Origin: a virus
Taxonomy: Duplodnaviria > Caudoviricetes
Length of the DNA: 56,673 nucleotides
Reading direction: 5' to 3' (one strand)
IMG/VR virus record: IMGVR_UViG_3300036851_000348
Location: 1-56,673 of that record
Shown: positions 53,622-56,673 of the stretch, piece after piece
How the letters are laid out: every line of letters begins with the position of its first letter
How positions within the stretch are numbered: position 1 is the stretch's first letter
Notes under the pieces: model-generated
What the model was told of the DNA's origin: nothing
Database searches by the model: none
The model's input: only the letters and a program-made list of their open reading frames with translations
Made by a program: the position numbers and the translations under genes

Positions 53622-55828
53622 CCGACGCCTGGAAGGAGTTGACGCAAGACCCGGCGGCCGGCGGCGAGGCCTACAATCCGCCAACGCGCGAGCCGGTGGC
53701 GGATGCGCCCGCGACGAATGCATGGGCGGAAATGACCCGCCCGCAATACGAACTCCGCGCCACCGACACGCCGGTCGGCCGCGGCATCATCGAGCGGCCC
53801 GAACTCGCGGCGCCTAATCTCGTCATCGCTCGCAGTTCGCTGGCGGTCGATCCAAAGGACCAGATCAAGCGCTACGCCGCGCACTTCAACACGCCCGAAT
53901 CCTATTTCGGCGTCGTCGATGGCGAGATCGTGCGCTGGGTTCCCGAGGAAAACGCCTTCGCCAAGGTCGTGCCGACTATCGGCGGGCAGGAGAGCATCGG
54001 CGGCAAGATCAAGGCGGGGATTTCCCAAACGGCGGCCGGCGCCGGGCCGGCGCTCCCGGGCGTGGCCGCGACAGTGGCCGGCACCATCACCGGGCCGAGC
54101 GGCGCGAGCATCCCTATCGCTGCCGTCACGGCGGGCCTGACCGATTGGGCGCGGCAGGCGGTCGACAAGGTGCTCGCCGGAGAACCGGCGGTGCCATTCG
54201 CCGGTGCCGAGTACGACTATCTCAACATGTTCGGGCATGCCGGGCTCGCGGCGGGCGGGCAGGGGATCGCGGTCGGCCTCAATTCGTGGCTCACCCGCAA
54301 CCCGATGGGCATCGAAGCGTTCGACCGGCTGAATGCCTTGGACAAGGTCGAGCAGGCGAAGTGGGCGGCGCTTGAGGGCGAGGCGATGGCGCGCGGCGTC
54401 TCGCTCTCAGCCGGACAGAAGACCGGGCTCCGCTCCCTCATGGCGAAGGAGCGCCAACTATCGCGCTACCCGGAAACCGCCGACATGATGCAGCGATTTC
54501 GCGACAACCAATGGAAGGCCGAGATCCCGCAGGCAGCCTATGGAGAGTTCAGCAAGGTCGCGCCAGTGATGGGGCGCGAGGACATGATCTCGTCCTTCCG
54601 CGCGGGCGCCGACGACGTGGTGCAGCAGACCCTCGCGGCGCGAGCCGAGCAGGCCAAGGTCGCCTACGGCGCCGCCTACGACGCGCACCCGGCGCTCGAT
54701 TCGCCGACGCTGCGGAACCTCTGGGGCCGCGACGTGGTGCGCGAGGCCATCGGCAAGGCGCGCGCGTCCGCCAACGCGCGCGGCGAATTGCTCGGCCCGG
54801 TCGACGCCGAGTTGACCGACTTGGCGCGCGAGCTTTCGGCCGCCGGCAAGATGGAGGCGCCGAGAGGCGGGATCGCCAAGGGCCTCTCGCTCAACACCTG
54901 GGACCGAGTGAAGCGGGCGCTCGACGACATCATCGGCGAGTCCGTCAGCCCGCAGACCGGGAAGCTCACCGACTACGGCTCCTCGGTGCTGGCGGCGAAA
55001 CAGACGTTGGTGCGCGAACTCGACAAATTGACCGGCGGGCCGGCCGGGCTCTACGCCAAGGCCCGCCTCGGCTACGGCGAAAGCTCTGAGATCGTCGACC
55101 AAGTGCTCGAAGGCGGCGTCGGCTTCATCCAGAAGATGGCCGGGCCGGATCGCGTCTCCATGGTGACGCGGGTGTTTTCGGGCCGAAACGTTTTGCCCGA
55201 AGAGATCGCCCGCACCCGCGATTTGTTCGCCAAGGCCGGCCACGAAGGCGCCTGGAACAACGGCGTGGTCGCGCACCTCGCGCAACTTCTCGACGACTCG
55301 ATCAAATCGGCCGGCATGAGCGGCAACGTACCGGGCCAACTCTATTCGAGACTCGGACGCGACGCGCTGCAGCACGATTCGATCATCGCCGCGATCGGCC
55401 CGGCCAAGGCCAAGAGCTTCGAGAAGTTCACCGACGTCCTGTTCGCCGCCAGCCGCTCGCTGCCCGAAGGCTCGCCGACCGCGACCGACCTCCTGCCGCA
55501 GGCCGGGGCCGTCTCGGGCCGCCTCAAGGTCGCGGGCCAACTCCTCAGTCCCGAAACCTACTTCCGCGGCGCCAACGCCGTGATCGAGGGCCTCGAGAAA
55601 CTCCGCGAGCCCGGCGCCCGCATCCGCCTCGCGGACTACCTTCTGACCGAGAAGGGGGCGAAGGAGATCCAGCGCTTTCACACGACGACGAAGCTCACCC
55701 AGCGCTCCATCATCGGCGCCGCGCAGGTTCTAGCGAATGCCGGCGTCATCGTCTCAGGCGGCCGGACGCCCGCCGACTTCGAAGCGCCGATCGCAGGCCA
55801 GACACCAAGTCAAATCCCAGCCCGATAG
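53618..55828 (+). CDS. Internal virion / DNA-transfer protein
   Basis: 736 aa with Gly/Ala hydrophobic segments; D.VKR.LDD.I ... Y..AR motif. Confidence 0.65.
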   Translation: MTDAWKELTQDPAAGGEAYNPPTREPVADAPATNAWAEMTRPQYELRATDTPVGRGIIERPELAAPNLVIARSSLAVDPKDQIKRYAAHFNTPESYFGVVDGEIVRWVPEENAFAKVVPTIGGQESIGGKIKAGISQTAAGAGPALPGVAATVAGTITGPSGASIPIAAVTAGLTDWARQAVDKVLAGEPAVPFAGAEYDYLNMFGHAGLAAGGQGIAVGLNSWLTRNPMGIEAFDRLNALDKVEQAKWAALEGEAMARGVSLSAGQKTGLRSLMAKERQLSRYPETADMMQRFRDNQWKAEIPQAAYGEFSKVAPVMGREDMISSFRAGADDVVQQTLAARAEQAKVAYGAAYDAHPALDSPTLRNLWGRDVVREAIGKARASANARGELLGPVDAELTDLARELSAAGKMEAPRGGIAKGLSLNTWDRVKRALDDIIGESVSPQTGKLTDYGSSVLAAKQTLVRELDKLTGGPAGLYAKARLGYGESSEIVDQVLEGGVGFIQKMAGPDRVSMVTRVFSGRNVLPEEIARTRDLFAKAGHEGAWNNGVVAHLAQLLDDSIKSAGMSGNVPGQLYSRLGRDALQHDSIIAAIGPAKAKSFEKFTDVLFAASRSLPEGSPTATDLLPQAGAVSGRLKVAGQLLSPETYFRGANAVIEGLEKLREPGARIRLADYLLTEKGAKEIQRFHTTTKLTQRSIIGAAQVLANAGVIVSGGRTPADFEAPIAGQTPSQIPAR

Positions 55829-55976
55829 GGATCAGCATCACCACCATCGCGACCCCGGCCCAGAACACGCCGCCAGTCACGAACGGCTTCGCGTCGATGG
55901 TGTAGGTCAGCGGAATCCGCAAAACGAACTGCGCCGCGACGATCAGCAGCATCGTCTTGGTGTAGTTGAAACGCAC
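55746..55976 (-). CDS. Small membrane protein
   Basis: Two hydrophobic segments; co-oriented with the lipoprotein gene. Confidence 0.4.
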   Translation of the reverse strand: MRFNYTKTMLLIVAAQFVLRIPLTYTIDAKPFVTGGVFWAGVAMVVMLIPIGLGFDLVSGLRSALRSRRASGRLRR

Positions 55977-55977
55977 C

Positions 55978-56562
55978 CTAGAAGCACTGCGTCAGGCGGC
56001 CGACGGTGTGGCAGGTGACGGGGGCCGGGACGTAAGCCGGCACGGGCTGCGGGATGATGATCGGCCGAGCCGCACGTCCGGCATCGATCGCGACGTTCGC
56101 CCGCTCGATCTCGGCCGCAAGCTGCGCCAGCATGTCTACCCGCTTGCGGTTGAATTCGCCCCACGTCAGCCGTCCGTCCATGAGATCGGCGATGGCCGAA
56201 GTTCGCGCGGCGTCCAGCACGTTACGAAATCCGCTTTTGGTGGGCCGCGGTTCGCTGACGAGAAGTCGGAGCGGCGGCTCTACGGCCGCAAACGCCGCGT
56301 CGCATCGGGTGAACGCGTCGGCGTAGGCCGCGAGAGCCGCGCGCTCCCGCTCGGTCGGCCGATCGGTGTCGCGCAGCATCGCAAGCGGCGTGTTGAGAAT
56401 GGCGTCCGAGCGTCCGATGACGATCTTGGCGCGAAGCGGATCGAGCGCGGGGTCCGCGAATGCCGTGTCGCACTTCTGTTCGGCCCCGCTGTAGTCCCAG
56501 CCGGCGCACCCGCCCAACAGCACCGCAGCGGCAAGCGCCGCCGCTAGAAGTTTCGTCCTCAT
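55978..56562 (-). CDS. Lipoprotein, candidate superinfection exclusion protein
   Basis: MRTKLLAAALAAAVLLGGC lipobox; GGAGGAGG RBS; antisense to the ejection genes. Confidence 0.65.
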   Translation of the reverse strand: MRTKLLAAALAAAVLLGGCAGWDYSGAEQKCDTAFADPALDPLRAKIVIGRSDAILNTPLAMLRDTDRPTERERAALAAYADAFTRCDAAFAAVEPPLRLLVSEPRPTKSGFRNVLDAARTSAIADLMDGRLTWGEFNRKRVDMLAQLAAEIERANVAIDAGRAARPIIIPQPVPAYVPAPVTCHTVGRLTQCF

Positions 56563-56673
56563 CCATCGCCTCCTCCGCGCTTGATGCGCGGTAGGCGATA
56601 ATGTTGAAACCTGATTCGAACGCTTGTCAACGCCCCGCGCGTAGGTCACACTCGGTTCCGGTGATGGAAACAC

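Noticed and set aside
56547-56673. Biological terminal repeat of the virion DNA
   Set aside because: The length equals a standard assembler k-mer and the repeat cuts through a gene start, so it is more likely a circularisation overlap.

Overview
This window is an apparently complete, circularly assembled dsDNA phage genome of about 56.5 kb; bases 1-127 repeat exactly at 56547-56673, consistent with an assembler k-mer overlap. It is GC-rich, and GapR-like (DUF2312), DUF1376 and DUF6362-like genes point to an alphaproteobacterial host. The virion module is podovirus/BPP-1-like: TerL, portal, scaffold, major capsid, tail tubular A and B, GNAT and ejection proteins. A leftward early arm carries an RNA ligase abutting a tRNA-Gln, two DNA methyltransferases, an ERF recombinase and HNH genes. 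A Cro-led rightward arm follows. I found no integrase, CI repressor or DNA polymerase. The most notable element is at 16867-18413: a solo RAMP/Cas7-like gene, then a non-coding array of (GGY-NN)n pentamer tracts separated by conserved hairpin linkers, then a possible accessory gene. This looks like a non-CRISPR RNA-guided system in which the variable NN dinucleotides may form a gapped, codon-phased targeting code. Other highlights are a 13-kb sugar-modification and surface-protein insert between TerS and TerL, with Ser-Thr dipeptide enrichment confined to predicted surface proteins (possible virion glycosylation); an HNH-AP2 gene that has replaced the 3' end of a radical SAM gene; and short direct repeats at early-gene junctions. 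All family calls come from motif recognition by eye, not database searches.
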